Source: Lepidodermella squamata (Eukaryota > Animalia > Gastrotricha). From it: a stretch of 64,000 nt of DNA. Position 1 is the first letter of the stretch. Each line of letters opens with the position of its first letter. The stretch is from assembly GCA_047495785.1 (NCBI GenBank), contig JBLDXI010000002.1, forward strand, positions 682,001 to 746,000, written 5' to 3'. Shown here piece by piece: positions 49,848-62,506 of the stretch. A program made the position numbers and the translations under genes. The notes beneath the pieces were generated by a model. The model did not search any database. It was given only the letters and a program-made list of their open reading frames with translations, and was not told the origin of the DNA.

Positions 49848-50798
49848 TTACAAAATGGTGCAATTGTCACAATCACAATCACAATCGCAGTCGTTGCAAC
49901 AGTCACAAGATGCACAAGATACGTCATCGCAATCGCAATCACAGCCTCCACTATCTGCATCACAGTTTGCATCCATATCGAAGCGTTCAACTGCTGGCGC
50001 CGATTCTACGCCAGTTTCTACGGCACCCGGAGCCGCCTCATGCACCGAGCATTTTGTTGCACGAACGGAACTTGCGTCTGAGCTTCGTTTTTCGGCGAAT
50101 AGAAAGTTCACAGTCAACACCGGACTTTCTGCGTTAGTAATAGACATCGACCTAGACTCAGGCCTGGAATTCTGTCTGGAAGTTTTTGAAGTTCCCTTAA
50201 CGAAAATATTTGAATTCGGCATTTCGTTGACGTAGGCCATAACTTGTTTTCTGAGAGGACCTTCCGCCCAGCCTGAAATTGACACGAAAACAAGTTTCCT
50301 CTCGCAATAATCCAACAATTTCGAACAACCATCAGATGCTAGATTCTCTACTGAGTTCAGATCAAAGGTATGGGAATCGACTACGGCAAGAATAAGGCGT
50401 TTGCTGCATATAGGGCCGAAAACCTTTTCCAGGGTCCATTTGAAGCTTTCAAAAGTCCTCGGCGCCATTTCAGCGATTAGCGTCTTATCCATTACGTACA
50501 AAATGCAACGAACGCCGTCGCTTAAAATGTTTTCCAAGTCAGGTCGAGCTGATTTTATATCGCTTATTTCGAAGAGGTTTTTGATATCGGTGATTGAGAG
50601 GTCGTGTTTTCTTGATACGGTTTTTCTTGCGTCAAACGGTTCACTTGAGCGAAGGGTTCGAATTGCCACTCCTTCATCGCCTTGGCATAACAATCTCGAA
50701 ACGGTGCTTTTTGATGGACCTGAAATTTTCGGAAATCAAAACTCGAAAAAAACGAGTTTAGTCTTACCATTTTTTCCTATTAAGAGAATTTCCAACAT
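49848..50798 (-). CDS. AIG1/GIMAP-like P-loop protein with degenerate G motifs, Cys/Asp-rich tail and CaaX box (exons 50798-50768, 50719-49848)
   Basis: Spliced N-terminus MLEILLIGKNGPSKSTVSRLL, then LSITDIKNLFE, GVRCILYVM, VFGPICSKRLILAV and LLDYCERKLVFV follow the AIG1 layout. Ends CDCDCDNCTIL*. Confidence 0.65.
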
Positions 50799-51119
50799 TT
50801 TTCTTGCAATTTTAGGACTGAACACGGGTGTTTAATTGAGGATTCGGGAAGAGAGATAAATTGTTATCATTGAAAATACTTTTCACAGCAGTCAGACGTT
50901 GATAAGAGTGAAAATTTTCCTGAACATAGATAATATAAAAAAATTATCTTTTCAGGATTCGCTACGCTGTAAAAGTGACTCAGTGTCTGTCAATTTTTAT
51001 TTTTTGTCCATGAAAAATTAGCGCAATAATTTATTGGGAAAATGATAAAAAAAGATCTGTCAAATTTGACATTTAGTGATTTACATCTGAATTCTCACGA
51101 TTTTATACAGATATTGTTC

Positions 51120-52310
51120 TTATTTGGTGTTGCATAGTCCCTGGCATATAGGATTAAGGATCAGCGCTAGTAGGACGATGACGATAATGAGCAGGACACC
51201 GCCGACTACGGCAACAATAATAATGGGCACGTGGAGTTCGGAAACTGCAGAAGTTGTAGCTTCAGGACCTTGGTAGTAGACCACCTTGTCGATGTATGAT
51301 GTGACGATAATTTCGCGAGGCGTTACTGCGTGGTTGTTGAGTTCGTAATTAGGATCTAAAATGAGTATAATATTATAAAATTAAAAGAAACCAGTTGTAA
51401 TATGCGCAAGCCGGGATATTTGTCCGAAATCAGGTCAACATGTTGTATTTTCGAACAATATCTGGCAACAATCAAACTGATAGCAAACTGATTTAATGCA
51501 TTGTTCACTGTTATCAAAGCTAATAAGTTTCGCCATTGGCCATTTTTCGAAATAAGCAAGTTTTTGACTTAGAAGTTATTTGAAAAATGTCTCCAATAAG
51601 GTCAAATTAAATACTTTACAAATTCAAGCAATTAGGAGTGGAAACGTGATGTTGGAGGTCTTAAAAAAAATTCGATAAAATTAGGAAAATCGGATTTCAT
51701 TGGCCTGATTTCCTAACTTCCCTGTAATTTCCCGAAATTTGTGTTGAAATATTTTGTTAATTTATAACCGAAAATAATTAGGAAAAATGACTAGAGAAAT
51801 AGAGTTTGGTGAGAGGATGAAGTTTTCAAAGTGAAAAATTGATAACCTCTTATGCAATACCGCTGCGGGGGAATATCGTAAGCCCATTTGCCGTCCACTC
51901 GGCAGAAAATTGAGTAACTGACTCTTTCCGACAGCTTGTAACCCTCGTTGCAATAGACAGTTCGTCTCGATCCAGCTGAGGACGCGCCGTAATTTACGTA
52001 TCCATTAGGAATCAATGGCTCTCCGCAATCTACATTTCATCCATTTATTTATCATTATTTTTAAATTTTAAATTAAATCTAACCTACAGGATCAGGTGTT
52101 GTCCTTCTGCCTAGAAAATAATTGAATGATATTTTCTTGGAATATTTCCAAAAATTTACTTCTTGGCGTAGAATTCGCGAGCCATCCTTGTCTATTGATA
52201 GGTCGCCTTTGAACACCAGAAGCGTCGTCCTGATCCGATTGAGCTCGAATGGCAAAAGCAAAGTATGCGAAACTAACCAATGTCCCGAGAAAATTCGCCT
52301 TCAAAATCAT
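51120..52310 (-). CDS. Single Sushi-domain type I membrane protein (4 exons)
   Basis: Signal peptide MILKANFLGTLVSFAYFAFAIRA. Sushi exon about 52030-51848 (CGEPLIPNGYV..CNEGY..C..DGKW..C). Last exon carries a TM and the tail NPICQGLCNTK*. Confidence 0.75.
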
Positions 52311-52435
52311 ATTTTCCAACTAAAATTTAACAAAATTGATATAAAAAAAAATATTTTTTAATTGAAAATAAAATGCTATATGAGGAGAGATGGCTGATGA
52401 GTTATCCTTCTGTTTCTCGACCTAACAAAATTTTA

Positions 52436-54301
52436 CTAAATCGGCTGCGTTCGGCAGCAAAGCACAGGCGCTAATAATAGGACGATTAGAACTACGAGGA
52501 GTATGAGAAGAATTCCGGCGACTATGCTAATAGCTGTTAGAACCGTATGGTCGGTTTTGTAACGCTCGGCCACTTTAGGATCCTGCGTCGTCGAGAGCGG
52601 GACTCGTTCTGTTCGGATAATTTCAACTACTCGAACTGCTGGCCACATGTCCATTTTACTGGTCGTTTTCGGTACATCTCGAGCTGAAAATTTAAAAATT
52701 TCAAGAAAAATTGTTGAACATTTTGAAAATTGAAAAAATGCTTCAAATTTCAAGTTTTTAAAGCATATTTCGAATGTCTTCGAACTCACAGCTACGGCAA
52801 ACTGCTGAATAAGTCCAGATGCCGTCTTTGCTGCATAGGGCTGTAACATCGCCCTCATCAAATGGGACCAGAGTGTAACCCGGTTCGCAAATTATACGCC
52901 GCCGTGACCCAATATAAGACGAACCAGCGCCAAGATAGCCATTGTCAATACCAGCTTCAGGTCCACAAGTCATCTCTAATATGAAAGAAAATATGAAAAA
53001 AATCCAAAATTATGACAAAATATTTAATCTTTACATTTGATCAATTAAATTAAATCAAAAATGAAATTTGAAATTTCCTAATAATTATTAGAAAATTCCA
53101 AAAATAATCAGCTTTCAGCTTTCATCGAAGAAATCTACTCAACCTTACAGGGACTCTATTCGAGGTGATTCCATGAAATTACGTGCCTTGTTTGGGATCG
53201 GCATCTCTAGACGGCTGGACAGGTACGCAAGCCGCGGAGTAGGACCAAACTCCGTCTTCTTCGCACAGCGCAGTTGCGTCCATGTCATCGCCGAGTGACA
53301 ACCGAAAGCCAGGCGAGCAGATAATAGCCCGCCGCGACCCAACAGCTGTAGGCCCGTTGCCTAGGTAACCATCACCGATACTTGCCGATTGTGCGCATTG
53401 AATTTGCTTGACACCTATATTATGAAAATCAAATTAAATTAGCCATTTACCATTAAACTAATTGAAGCGGATCCCAGAAGATGCGCAACTATTTTTGAAT
53501 TTGGCATATAGCGTCGCGCAAACTGAAGTAGCGCACTCTCGCGTCGCGCAAAATGGTGTGCGCAAATAAAGTCGCGCAGACGGGAATCACCCGGCAACTT
53601 TTCGTTGGAAATTCGATTAATTTAAAAAAATTAAACCTACCAAGAGAAAATCCCATCTTTTTCCCGCGATTTAACCAAGAAATTAAAAATTTGCCGAAGA
53701 AAAGCCGGAAACCCCGATGGTAACTGGTTCGGTAATTTTCGGTATTTTACCCGGTTAGGACCATATTTTTCTAAAAATTTTCTGTCCATAAGATGTGCAG
53801 TCAGGGTTTCTGGACCCTTTTCTTTGCTTGTGTTACTCATGGAACACGCTGTAGTGGACATAATAAAAAATATGTATTAAAATTTGAAATATCTGTAATT
53901 TGAAATTTGAAAAAATCATAAATTGTGGATGATCAATTTGGAATTCAAATTAAAAATGGAAATCTTTACCAGGTCTTGCCGTGGTTTTTGCTCTTGGCGT
54001 TGAAGGCTCGATTGGTTCTGGTTTTATTGTGGGCTTTGCCGTAGTTCTTCTCGAGACTTTTTCGAACAATACCAAATTTTCGTACTTATTCATCATTTTC
54101 CACAAACCTGTTCCTATCCTTCGCCTAGTAACAGGGTCTATTATACCAAAAAAAAATATTTTTAATAGAATTCATATAGTTACTATCGAAAAACGAACTG
54201 TCAATATAATCCTGGGCTAGAACGGTCCGATCAAGCGTTGCGAGGAGTATCATAAAAAGCGCTGCGCCCATCGTGAACGGGGTCACCTGGCATACGCGCA
54301 T
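52436..54301 (-). CDS. Two-Sushi-domain type I membrane protein (multi-exon)
   Basis: Leader MRVCQVTPFTMGAALFMILLATL. Two Sushi exons (about 53414-53190 and 52975-52790), then a TM and the tail APVLCCRTQPI. One donor site is uncertain. Confidence 0.7.
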
Positions 54302-54792
54302 GATGACCTGAGATATGAATTACACGTTTTAATATCGCGATCTTTCCTTGATAAGATGCGGATCTCAACTCGTGTCTCCAGTGCACAGGATACGCATACG
54401 CGCACGAGTAGGGGTAAACATGTGATAATCCCCGCGCGCGAGCTGTCATGCGAGGCGCGCCACCTTAACGGTCGTGTTTTTTCACACACAAAAAAATAAC
54501 GCGCATTTTTCATTTATCACACATTAACACGATACACGCGTGCGTTTAACAATAATTATTTATTTTTTATTATCACAAATTATATCGAAGCTTGCTTCAA
54601 ATTGTCAAAACCTGGCTCTCTTTTTGCGGCTGTTGTTAACATCGGCGGTCTCAAAAAAAACAATTAAAGGAATATTAGTGGATCTTTATTTTCGTCTTAT
54701 ATAATTAATATTGTACAAAATAATGCGATGTCCGGATCTTTGTTTACACTATTTGCGATAACAGCATATTTTACGCTATAATTTTAGTCACC

Positions 54793-55458
54793 TCACGAGG
54801 CCGGTTGTTGGAAAATCCCTGCTATCGCGGAAGAAATGCCGGTTATTACGACGAAAATGACAACGCCAACTATGATCCAAGCCCAAAATGGAACGCCAAC
54901 TTGATCAGTCGCTTCGGTTTTTTCAAATTCCGAGGTCTCATCGATTCTCACAGCTCTTAGATCATTCTCTGAAAATTCTGAAATTAAAAAAAATAATTAA
55001 ATTTTAAATAGAAAAATTTAATAAAAATTTCAATTTTTGAACTCACTTTTTGCGCACCGTGCCGTCCAGTCCCAATGGCCAGTCAATCGGCAGGTCAAAT
55101 AAATGTCCCCGCCAGGTGCGACAACCCGGTAATAGCCGTCCTTGCAGTAGATAATTCTCTGATCACCTATTTTTGACCCACCCTCCAATACGTAGCCGTC
55201 ATTAATTACTGGTATCGGCCCACACTCAGAATCGCCGCTATTTCGATCAAAATCGAGTTCCCCTATTTCAGGAAAAAAATTACCTAAAAATATTTAAATT
55301 AATTAAAGTCACAAACTTGGCCCATCGATGTTCTCAATCGTTAAATTGTTGAGTTGTTCGAAGTTCGATAAATATCGATTGGTGTGGCGGAAAATGCCTA
55401 GGCATTTGTCTTTCGAGAAAATTGCCAAGAAAATTAGAGCAACGCGAATTGCCTTCAT
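54793..55458 (-). CDS. Single Sushi-domain membrane protein (3 exons)
   Basis: MKAIRVALIFLAIF leader. Sushi ECGPIPVINDGYV..CKDGYY..LTCRLTGHWDWTARC, followed by a C-terminal hydrophobic helix and short tail. Confidence 0.75.
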
Positions 55459-55758
55459 TTTTTTCAGCGAGTATTTATGAATGGCATAGCAGCAGCTGTG
55501 GAATTTATCCCGCGGCCGGAACGTGCTGATAGCCTCAAGTCAAAGCAAACTTGAGACAATTGTTTAAACAATCTCAGTAAATTGCCGGAATTTTTTCGCG
55601 CAAAATGAACAATTATATGCGCAAGTTTTCTTAGTTTATTTCTCTGACACAATAGCTTATATAACGACGTTGGCGGCATCAAAAATTACAATGATGATAT
55701 AATAATAATAATAATGAGTGTATAATTTTTCTTGAAATTTCTCTCGCGTTTTTGTTCA

Positions 55759-57776
55759 TCACCGCAGCAGAAACACGGCGAGGGCCATTAAATGGATAGC
55801 TGACAACATTGAGTTTGATAACATCGAAGACCAGCCACACGAATCGGCAATGACTCTCGCGTTAGGAACTGTGTTTTAAAATATCAGGAAAAACAGTTAC
55901 ATGGCGTATTTATTCAAGAAATAATACGTTTAAATGTTTTGAATTGTCCACATTTTTTCGTAAAATTGTCTCATTTTATTGCGTCAAGGTCGTTTCTTTT
56001 TTTACTTTCAGCAGAAGCAAATTTCATCGGAATCGGAACCAAATAATTTTGCCAAAATGTGTCTTACAATGAAATTATAAATCCTAAAAAAAATCGCCAC
56101 GATTTTCAGTATAAGGCCTGATCCTTATTGGGCGATGCAGTCATGATTAATAACCAAATTTCAAAAATTGAATTCATTAGTTCCGCATCCATTTTCTAAA
56201 TCTGAAACTTAACGATCAAAATTTAGCCAATTTCTAAAATTGGACATAATGGGAGCATCGTCCATGGCATACCGTCATAACAGCAGATGTCCAAAACAGA
56301 AAAAGCGACATAACAGCTAATTTTTTTACTTGCGACATAATAGCAGAAACATGATGCATACAAAATGCGACATAATAGCAGAAACATGATGCATACAAAA
56401 TGCGACAAAACAGCAACTTTAGTTATTTCGCGACAAAACAGCGAAAGCTTACTATAAGTATGTTTTGCATACGAGGCTTTTGCTGTTTTGTCGCGAAATA
56501 AATAAAGTTGCTGTTTTGTCGCATTCGCTGTTGCTGTTTCAGCGCTGTAACTCGTCCATCTTTTCTCGCGGTCCAGCCGAAAAAATTGAAAAGTTATCCG
56601 AGAAAACCCGGAAAACCCCAAGGGTAAACTTTGGTAATTTCGGTATTATACCCGGATAATTTCTCCGGATTTTTTATTCTTATTGGCAAGCGTCCTACTT
56701 CATTACTAGTCTCGTGGCATTTGGTGAAACTTTTCTGGTCAAGAGATGTGGCATCCCCTATCGGCTTCGGCTCTCTATGCCCGCCTGCCCGAAGCATTTT
56801 GTTTGCTCCAATAAAAGCCTAGTCGCTAATAATTGCTCATTCCTAATAGTAGCCCAGGCTTCAGAGGTGAAGTCGTTGCGAATATCGTAAAAAAATGAAA
56901 AATTACCCAAACATCGATTTTCGAATTTTCCAAAATTTCGAGGTTACTCTTTTAGTGTCCTAAGCTGCTATAAGAACAAATAATTTGTATAAAGGACTAT
57001 TTTTCATTTAATGTTGTCCACATCCCATAGAAAATATCCTCGAAATTGAAATTGTCGAATTTTTAATACTAATCAAAAATGTAAAAATCTACCTTAAAAA
57101 TGACATTTTTTCATTTGTTGGACAATTTTGAAAGTTTGGCTATTTATATACCTGGTGAATATGTACAGGACGACGTAGCGTTCCACGTCCCACGCCATGT
57201 GCATTCTAAAATGACTTGGGGACCGTCGTTGACGTAACCAGGCCGATCCCAGCATTGCACGATCCGCCGATCGCCAACATTACTACCACCTGGTCTTACC
57301 ACGCCGTACGGAACTTCCGGGGTTCGACCGCATTCTAAACAAAAATACGGAAAAAAATCAATAAAATCAGACATAATTAATACACTAATCAGCAATTGAA
57401 GCTGCCAAAATGGAAATTAATGAGAATTTATTTGCAGCGGACATATTTTGAAAAATAAATTTTAATTGGTAGTAGATAGTAGATTAGTGCGTTTTGACCT
57501 ATATATGGTAATTGGGGCATGTAAAAAAATCGAAGTTTTCAGTGAGTCACCTGTAGCGCCTTTGTTAATATCGAATTTTTGGTTATCGTAATTGTCATGC
57601 AGCCGGACGGAGTGGTTGCTGATAGCTGGCGGTTCGTCGTAGTAAATTTCAGCCGTGACTTGATGCCCAGAAATTGCTAATAAAATCGCTACAACAGCTA
57701 TACAAAGTTCGAGCCGGCTCAATTTAGTTGACATTGAGTCGCTAAGATTCTTCATGATAAATCTTCTAGTAGCCAT
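55759..57776 (-). CDS. Single Sushi-domain protein, predicted GPI-anchored (3 exons; start could be 57734)
   Basis: Signal peptide and Sushi exon about 57334-57150. A candidate last exon 55868-55759 reads VPNARVIADSCGWSSMLSNSMLSAIHLMALAVFLLR*. Confidence 0.6.
56325..56525. repeat. Tandem 35-bp unit plus ~50-bp-arm inverted repeat in intron
   Basis: GCGACATAATAGCAGAAACATGATGCATACAAAAT occurs twice. AATGCGACAAAACAGCAACTTTA..TATTTCGCGACAAAACAGC pairs with GCTGTTTTGTCGCGAAATA..TAAAGTTGCTGTTTTGTCGCATT. Confidence 0.7.
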
Positions 57777-58201
57777 CGTAATGAATGGCTGCTTAATCTC
57801 AGAGGTTGGTGACAGGGGATGCAGCAATCTACTACCCACCTAGCCTTTTTTGCCATGATAGTGCTCGCCCAGGTGCACTGGTCACGTTTTATTATGCCGA
57901 GTAATGCGTTAATATTATCTCTCACCGTGTCTTTTAATGAAGGGTGAGGCCGGCCGGAGTCAAGTGCACATCATGTCATCACAGTCAACAAAAGGCCGCT
58001 TTATTTAACAACAAAAAATTGTCAACTTTGAAAGTTGATTTAATCGCTATAAAAATGACAAATGAAGAAAATTAGTGATTTAATTATTGATAAAATTATC
58101 CACCTTAAAAAGCTTAGAATCTATATGTGTATTTCTTTTTTATTGATGAAAAATATTATTCGTAAATTTTATAAAAAATTATCTGTGCTTCGGGATATTT
58201 T

Positions 58202-59009
58202 TCACAATGCTTTGAGAAGAGCTGTAGTTGCTATAAGCAGCCAAATCTGGCCTCGAGCTTTCAGGCCGGAATGTGCAGCCAAAATATTCTGCTTTTGAGC
58301 ATTTGCTGAATCGCTGCCTGAGGACGCTAGGGAAATTTTCAAAATAAAATTACTTATTTAAACGATTTTGAGCTTTTACCTCTAGATGAGCTGGGCACGC
58401 ATTGAGCTGGAACATACCAGGTTCCGCGAAACGTGCAGGTAGCAGCCGAGTCTGAGCCAACTAGGTCGTAGCCGGATTCGCAGCCAATTTGGCGCTTTTC
58501 TCCAACTTTTGCCGGGCCGGCTCTTACGTATCCATTTGGAACGTTCGGCAAATCAGTACAGACTGTGAAATTTTAAGATCATATTACTTATAAAATTTTA
58601 AGTGAAATTCCTGGTAATTTAAAATTTGATTTAAAATTTGAATTAAAATTTTTTAAATTTTGATACATAATTTAAAATTTTTTTCAATTATCGGGATTTT
58701 TTCCTTTCCCAGCAACTAATTTGGATTAATTAAGCTAGGATGGAAAAAAAACTCCAGAATTAAAAAAAATATTCATAATTTTGTATCGAAATTTTAAAAA
58801 TTTTAATTCAAATTTAACATTTTTGAAATATCTCACGAAGTCGAATTTTTCTAACCTGACCGGCCCTGATTAATGTCGAAATTGAGGTCGGGAGTTGGCT
58901 CGTAGTCAATTGGTATGTAATCCGTCGCGCACAGACTTGTCCTGGATAATAAAAGAACCGCAGAAAGCAGCGGAACAAGCGTCCCGAGACCAATGTGAGA
59001 CAGCCTCAT
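58202..59009 (-). CDS. Single Sushi-domain protein, predicted GPI-anchored (3 exons)
   Basis: MRLSHIGLGTLVPLLSAVLLLS leader, Sushi CTDLPNVPNGYV..CESGYDL..CTFRGTW..C, and a terminal hydrophobic tail ..HSGLKARGQIWLLIATTALLKAL*. Confidence 0.7.
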
Positions 59010-59675
59010 TTTACAATTATTATCAACGCTATATGCAAATGAGACATTGTAAGCAAAACAAAAATTGTTTCAAGATGTTGTCATTGTGAAAAATCAAGTG
59101 CTGTCACCTTCCAGTATTATAAGCATTTAATTTTTAAACAATAATAATTTTTTTGAAAATGTAGCCTAAATTTTGATCTCACCTACGCAGATTATTAAAC
59201 GGTGCCTCGGGTAAGGTCGCCCACTTGTATGATCTCTCGATTCTCTCATTTATTGCTTTTTTTGTTATCAGAAAAGAATATACACGTGGCGCGTATAACA
59301 CATGACCTACTGCAGATATTTTGTCAATTTTTTGTGTTTTACATCATTTTACAACACGCATTAACCGCGCGCGCGCATTTATGTGGCCGCGCCTCTTAAT
59401 CAAATGCACTTGCCGCACATCTAAAGTGAAAACTTGAAATGCTAACAATATTTCATAATGGGAATATTAAACTTCTCACTTAGCTGAAGGTGTAAAACAT
59501 GCGGTTTTCGTATAATGCTCTTATTTCCTTCACTTTTTTCATTTTATTAAAAAAAATAACCACATTATTACTGAATTATTTGAAACAGACAAATTTAACG
59601 GGGTTGAACTGAAATTAAATTTCATTGATTTTTTAAACCAGGGTTACTAAACTTGATTCAGCTATCAGCTTTCAG

Positions 59676-61551
59676 CTAGTCCAAAATGATAACAGCAGCG
59701 TATAGAGTGATTGAGATAAGAAAGTCGAGGCTGACGAGGAATGCGACCAGGTCGAAGCAGCGGATGAGGCGGAACGATCGTTTGCCGCCCATCACGTGGA
59801 CCGGGATACTGGCGTAGTCTTTAACCTGGCTGAAACCGCACGCCAGCATGTCGTACATGGTTACAAGGCCGGTTAGACCTGTTAGCATGAGGATGTACTC
59901 GGCGAGAAGGATTCGCTGTGAGGTGTGAGGCACTTCTTTTAAGACATCTGATTGCGCCACGACAAAGGCCAGCAATATCGTACAGCAAATCACCTGGAAA
60001 AAATTATAAATTTTTAAGGATGGCTTTTTAAATTTCAAAAATTCAAAAATTTCAAAAGATTCTGAAATATTCTGTTATAATTTCAAATTTTTTTCAACAA
60101 AACCGTGTCATAAAAATTATAATATTTGAAGGAGGATTTAAAAAATTCAAAATTTGAATAAAATCTGTTTTAATTTCAAGTTTCAAAATTCAAAAAATTT
60201 GAAAAAATTTAAAGGAAATTCCGAAATTTTACCGGTCTATCGGGTTTCTCCGGGGGCATGAGGTACGACCCCAAAACCAACGAAATAAGGACGAAACACG
60301 GCGCCAACAAATTAAAGACATGGTAGCTCGGATTTCGCTTGAAACTCAGCTTAAACTTGGCGTAACTCGAGTAGCCATTTCGAACAATGGTCGACGGGGT
60401 AGTACCAGCGAAATGGTCGCTACCAGTCAGGATCCACTGGCTGTTGGGCGACATTTCCGGCTCTCGAAGGTACACCCCATCGAAATTGACAAAAGCAACG
60501 GGTTCTTTCATGAGAAACGTGAAGTCGCAATTCTGCTTATCAAACGGAAATTTCCGTAAATCCAACTCGCATTTAGAGGTGAATGTCCCGATTTGGGTCC
60601 AATAGAAAAACAGCGTTCGGGTCGGGATAGTTGGTAGGTACAAAATTTGCATATCAGCCGCGTAATTAGCCGATTGCATGTAAACGTCATCGGACGAATT
60701 TGCGTAGATGATTGTTGGATACCAAACGGCCTCGGGGTCTTTCAACTGGATCCGCTCGACCTCGTTGATACCCGGGGCCGTTTCGTTAGCCAGGCATGTA
60801 TCCACTCGCCACTGCATGTACATTGTTGCTGAGATTGAGATGGTTTCGTCAATGTCGGTGATGTCGAGAAGGCGGTCGATGAGAAGGGATAGGTAGATAT
60901 TTGTTGAATTATTCTCGTTCGGGCCTCGATTTGTCGGCTGGATATAGTTGCATTTTTGAACAGTTTCCAACTTGAGCAGAGGAATCGCATGACCTTAATT
61001 AAAAAAATGAAATTTTTATGTTTAAAATATTCTTGAAATTTGAGCTTTTTTAAATTTTCTTGAAATTTTAAATTTTAAAATTTGAATTCTTTGAAATTTT
61101 CATGATATTTTTAAAAGGGTCCTCCTTTTGCCGTAAATGTGGTTCCGGTAAAAGGTTCCGGTCCTATTTCCGAATCACAAATTTGAATTTTCATTATTTT
61201 TCAAATTTCATGATTTTTGAAATTTAAAATTGAAATTTTCCAATTCTTTGAAATTCTGAGCTTTTGTAAAACTATAATATTTTGAGTTGAATTTTATTTG
61301 AACTTCTGATGGCCGAATTGGTTTTTATAATTTTTCTTCCCGGAAAATAAATTACGGGCGATTTAAAAAAATTGATTAAATAATAAAAATCGAATTTTAC
61401 CTTCAGTAAGTTCCGGAATAGGAAAGCCAGTAGTTTCAGAAACATATTCAAGCAGCTGATTAGTTAGCGAATCGTAAGCTGCAACATAGCCTTGAACCAA
61501 GACGAAAACTTGCAGCAGACGGGCGAACATTAGATCCTTGTAAATCAACAT
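59676..61551 (-). CDS. Orphan Cys-loop channel subunit 3 (exons 61551-61401, 60993-60233, 59993-59676)
   Basis: Cys-loop CELDLRKFPFDKQNC, RNPSYH, M2 PDRPVICCTILLAFVVAQSD and M3/M4. Introns keep frame. Confidence 0.85.
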
Positions 61552-62506
61552 CGCTAAAAATCTTCAAAATTCATGGGGGAAAATTGCAGTTGATGATGAA
61601 TGTTGATGTTTCGAATGGCGTAGTCTTCGTTCTTTATTCTTGTTTTCCAATAATTGACAACACATCCACCCTTGGATGGCGAGAACGCTCCCTAAGTGCA
61701 TGAGTGGTGCTTAATTGCTAGGGTGCGCGGTCGATGCAAGTAATAAAGGGATGTTATCCTTTTTCAAGCGAACCTTGATTTCTCAAAAAATTTGCTATCT
61801 GATTCTATCACTGTAGTTATAGCATCAATTTTTAATATAGCAGCGTCTGGGACGTGTTTTCTTGTGTCGCCTTGGTGCGAAAAGAATCGCGACGATCCAA
61901 TCAGTTTTGGAGAAAATCTTCGTTTTACTGTTCGAAAGGGTAACATCAGCTTTCATTTGTCAAAACTTCGAATGAAAAAATCAATACTGACCTGTGACGA
62001 ACAAGTAGGTCAATTAGCGCCGCCAAAACACATTGATTGAAGGGTAATAAAATTATCGGTCATCATAACGCATGTCACGTGCATTTTTTCAGTGAATTAC
62101 GGGCGTGCCCAATATTAATAAATTTTCGCGATATTTTTTTTAATAATTTCACAATTCATTTTTGATTTTTATCGAAATGAATCACTATACTCAGTCTGCA
62201 AAGCCAATATCGATTCCAATTATCGAATTTACAAATCAATAATTTTCCGATATGAACCCGAGTCCCGAAAGCCTTAAATGTTTCTACCTAATAGCTGAAA
62301 TAATAAAAATCCAAGGCAAGGAGACTTAAATTGCCGACATTTTTGACGTCCGAACTCCTACATGTAGAGCTTGTGCCTTGAAATAAATAGAAAGTGAACT
62401 TTTAAAAAACAACACCACGTTTATTTATTTTTTCAAGTATCATTTTAGACGAAACCAAAATATGTTTGGGTTTGAGAAAATGTACGGTTTTTTTCGTTGT
62501 CTGTGT

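Noticed and set aside
49840-50235. Plus-strand SQSQ-rich ORF
   Set aside because: Antisense shadow of the Cys-Asp repeat of the minus-strand gene.
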